Shown here: positions 60,078 to 64,000 of the stretch, in pieces
Layout of the letters: every line of letters starts with the position of its first letter
Position numbering within the stretch: the first letter of the stretch is position 1
Origin: Pseudovirgaria hyperparasitica
Lineage: Eukaryota
DNA length: 64,000 nucleotides
Direction: 5' to 3' (one strand)
NCBI GenBank assembly: GCA_010093815.1
Contig: ML996571.1
Translations under genes and position numbers: made by a program
The notes under the pieces: model-generated
The model's input: the letters and a program-made list of their open reading frames with translations, nothing else
The model's database searches: none
Told to the model about the DNA's origin: nothing

Positions 60078-62204
60078 GGCTGCAGATTAGGAATTTAGGA
60101 TAAAGCAATTGGTGAAAGAGAGTCGGGGCTCAACGGGTATGAGCTTGAGACGTCTGTTGGCAGCGAGGAGAGGAGTCTGCCAGACAGGTGGGCTGAACGG
60201 AGAAAAGGGAGAGCATGTCGGGGAATGGGTAATGATATAGGTGCTATGCACCTAGGTACAGGTCCATTGGAGCGATCTGCACCTGGCCCAAAGAGAGGGA
60301 GGTACCTGCCTGTTCTACAATCCATAGTTCCAGTGTAATGTTGTGTGCAGAGACAGGTGGAGAAGCAGGTGGGAGGGGGTATGGGGGGCATGGGGGGCTT
60401 GGGGGGGAGGTACGGAAGTACAGAAAGGGAGAGAGGAAGCAGAGACCAGACATGTCCCGAGTGGATGAGGCGGCGCCTGTACACAACGAAGCTTGTAACT
60501 CACACTTATCTGCCCTACAATGAATGGTGTATGGGCTATGCTTATGAGGTTGAGCTTCCTCTTTAGGCGGTAGATCGTCTGTAGATTTCTACCATCTCTG
60601 TGGACGCCTCGACATGGAGCTATACCTAGTCCTCTAACCTCGGACAAGAGACAAGAGCTTCTGAGAGTCTTTGGCATCAGTCGATCTGTTTGACAAGTCT
60701 GACAGTAATAGGATACGCGGAGTGTGTCGATTGACGGGCCATTACAGGCACAATTTCATGGAGGACCGTGACAGTGATGATGACGGCGATGGAAGGACAT
60801 TGAGAGTCTCGTGAGAAGCATCACTATCGCTGTTATGACTATACCTTGTCATGATCGTCATGCACGCGACATCGACCTGCCAGTTTCCCATCTGTGGCGC
60901 GGGCGGTTGTCGAACGGCGCAGACCGAGTGGGGAATGACGTCCCAGCTAGGCAATCCACCCTACAGAGCAGATTAAGCTGTGGAGAGCGATAAAGGTAGA
61001 TTAAATCCTTCCAGATATCAATAACAAGTACTGGACCCTCTGCCTGCCCCTATTGTCTCTATCTCGGTCTCGTACCTTTCAGTGTTAGCTAACTATTAAT
61101 TGTTATCCATATTAACCCACGGGCGCAAAGGGTCCAGACGCGGGGCGGGCAGTCGAAGTATTAATCGACAACTGGGTTTTGCCCTGTTCCTGTGAATGCA
61201 TCGTCCACCGAATACTGCCCTCCTAAGTTGACGCTGGCAAGTACCTACCTAGCTAGGCAATCCACTAATTCTCGGCTGCCCAGTCGCCCCGCCATCGCCG
61301 CCATCGCCGCTACCGTTCCCACTAAGCCCTGGCTCTCGGCTTGCGCGATTCAAGCATTCTTGGTCCTGCAGCCAGCATTCTTGGGACTGGGATGAGGCAT
61401 CGTCAGCCCCCAACAGGACGATACGTACGTACTGTACATAATCACTTTGCGGCACATGTGGCGTAATTACCACTTGTCCCTCACCGCTAGTACTAATCCT
61501 ACATCGCCCTTCTCCCTTCGAGAATAGATTGATTCTTGGACGTCTAATCAATGGATCAGCTCTTTTCCGTGTGTCTGCTTTGGTGTGTGGGAGAGAACGT
61601 AAGAAGAATTCTCGTGATGTTGTCAGTATCAATGCATCTTCCCTTCGCCAGCCCAATCGATGGCAGCTTAATTATGCTCTTGTTGTCTGCTTTGAGTGAG
61701 CCCATGCGCAACTGTCCATCCGCATTACCGCCAAAGCTCTTATAGCGCAGCGCCGCTTGATGATTTCGTTCTTTCGACTTCGTTTGAGGCTCGTGCCTAA
61801 AAAAGCAAAATGCTGCTGCCGCTTCTCATATTCCATGCTCTTTCTCTGCCACCGCCATGGACGGCTATTGACTTCCAAAATCTATATTTCCGTTACCTCG
61901 GTAAGGAATAGTGTAGATGAAATCCAATTCGCAAGGCACGCCGGAGAGCGTGATACTGAAGCACAGCTGGCATATTGTCCCTAGTGAGTCATCATTAGTG
62001 GAGTGAGCAGCATTAACTCGCGCCCTTTTACACGACTGCACCACCAGTACTCTGGGCAGCAACATGAAGAAGGCGCTTCCCAATGTCGTTACTCTTCGAA
62101 CCTGATAAAAAGGCTTGGGCAAGAGCATCCAGACATGTCTTAGGCGAGGCTGAAATGAGACAATATGTGGGAAATTCGTGACAGTGGACGATTGCGTGCT
62201 CGAA

Positions 62205-62249
62205 AATCATGAAGGATAGAATCATGAAGGATAGAATCATGAAGGATAG
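62205..62249. repeat. 15-bp perfect tandem repeat x3 (AATCATGAAGGATAG)
   Basis: Three identical consecutive units. Confidence 0.9.
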
Positions 62250-63819
62250 TGGCACTTATATCTGTTCCGCTAGGAGTCGAAAATTTTCCAACACCGATAA
62301 TGCTACTGCCAATGTGGAGAAGAAAAGTCCAGGCTGATGCAACAGCGAACCTACTCTTATCTTCGGACTTGGTGCAACGCGCCTAGTTTCACGGAGAGGC
62401 AGCGTTCTTTCAAGTCTGCGAAATATACTCGGAGCTCCTGGTGACGTGCTATTTCGATCTAGCGGTGCAGAGAAACATGATGGGTATCACTCAAGGTGCT
62501 AAAGACGACCACTTGCGAGCGCGTCGACTCAAAACTCGTACATGATTTCTGTCTACTGCAAAAGATGATATCCGGCAAGAATCTATCCAGAAAGAAGAAG
62601 GGAGCTAGTGTAAATATCCATGAGTGGCGTTTCTAGTTTTTAGGATGAGCATTTGCCTCTTCCGTTTGGCTCCTGAGCAAATTGATGTAGGGCAGTGCCT
62701 AATCTAAGAATGCGAACGATTATCCAGGTTCAGACTAATGGAAGTTTGATGAAGTAAAGGCACTTGCAAAAGTTGATGTTAGTTACATACCTAGGATAGC
62801 CTTTCCATAATGAGGCACATCACGTAAGTGGAGCTTAGAACCGGTGGGGCGCTTGAGTGGTTGGAAAAGCGTCTTAGGCTGTCCCTCCTGAACTTGCAGT
62901 CAGCACACTCCCCCTTAATACCATGAGTTACTCAGAATGATACCTAGGTACTCAAGGACGGGATGCTGATACTGCAGGGTGTATAATCTCGTTTGACACA
63001 TTGGTGATAGTGCGTACGAAATCACAACTATGCTGCAGGGCACAAACTGTGATAGACTGCTGGAGTTGTCAATGATTTGACCGGACAGGGAACGTGCAAG
63101 TTCTCTTCATGCCATGAATCTCAGGGTGAATCCAATTCATATTATTATTCGAGTTCAAGATTTGGATCAGACGAACATGAAGGACTGGTTAATAAACTAT
63201 CTAGTTGTAGTTCATCGTTCTACTGCTTGAGTCGTGCTTATAGTTACTGAAATGGGCTGAGTCGTACTTGGCATGAACTTGAACCTACCAATCATGATGT
63301 ACTGTCAAGTGAATACTTGGCATTTTCATCACGCTTCAAAATCGATCCATATTCCATCAAGAGTCTTTGATTTCCCTGCAGGAACAACAGCAGACCAGAT
63401 CTGGAAACAAGCTCGAGTTGGAAAAGTGGTATGACTGCAAGATAATGAGGGGAGCAGGGATCCATGCGAGTGAAGCTGCAGCAACATGCTGAAACCAATA
63501 ACTCTTTTAATTACAACATGACATGTGAAGTCCCTTCTGCAAGAAAAGAGTTTAGTGCTGAGCCGTCCTGGCCGCATCAGGATATGTATCATTTTGTTCA
63601 TGCGAAGCGATCAGCGTTGCGTAGTCTTAGTGGAAATGGCGGGATTGAGAAGAGTCGTGTCGACATAGCAGCTCTTCAAACGCCTGTGCTACTTGTATAA
63701 GAGACTGAAGTTCATGATTTTCAGAACAAACCAGCCTTCATCTGTAAACAAGCTCTTCGGTCCTCTCTTCTGCTCTCAACGTCGAAAAGAACCCACCTTC
63801 TACTTTTCTTGGCATCAAT

Positions 63820-64000
63820 ATGCGTTTCTCGATCATCACATCCGTCCTCTTCGGCGCAACTGTCATTGCGTCACCTGCAACAAGACGCCAGGAACTATCC
63901 GACACTGGTGCTCTTGCCGACCGGTTCAGTTCGCTTCTCGCCAATGTTGGAGCCCTGGGCTCACAGGGAACGTCTCTTGAAGGTGCCACACAGGGAACGT
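63820..64000 (+). CDS. N-terminus of a putative secreted protein running off the window; not in the ORF track
   Basis: MRFSIITSVLFGATVIASPATRRQELSDTGALADRFSSLLANVGALGSQGTSLEGATQGT: signal peptide, SP start, dibasic RR; TATA-like TATAAG near 63696. Confidence 0.72.
   Translation, partial: MRFSIITSVLFGATVIASPATRRQELSDTGALADRFSSLLANVGALGSQGTSLEGATQGT

Noticed and set aside
62205..62249. CRISPR-like array
   Set aside because: Simple tandem repeat with no spacers in a eukaryotic genome.

Overview
Filamentous ascomycete (Pezizomycotina, possibly Dothideomycete) genomic DNA with short GT-AG introns. Conserved genes: 3' part of a BEACH/WD40 gene, SHO1, a RO10-like dynactin subunit, an AVT vacuolar amino-acid transporter, NAD(P)HX epimerase (absent from the ORF track), MRPS16, a HAL/NPR kinase, an intron-containing tRNA-Gly(TCC), NCE102, ALG13, RSM24, a class-3 lipase, GET3, an ISWI ATPase, a secreted amidase, a SRY1-like PLP enzyme, a sedolisin, and the start of a secreted protein. 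The standout is a ~5.0 kb pogo/Fot1-type DNA transposon (26235-31263) bounded by 42-bp imperfect TIRs. Besides a singly frameshifted transposase, it carries two apparently intact convergent cargo genes: a small non-RD protein kinase and a spliced 82-aa Cys/His-rich protein. All exon models and family assignments were made by eye, without database searches.
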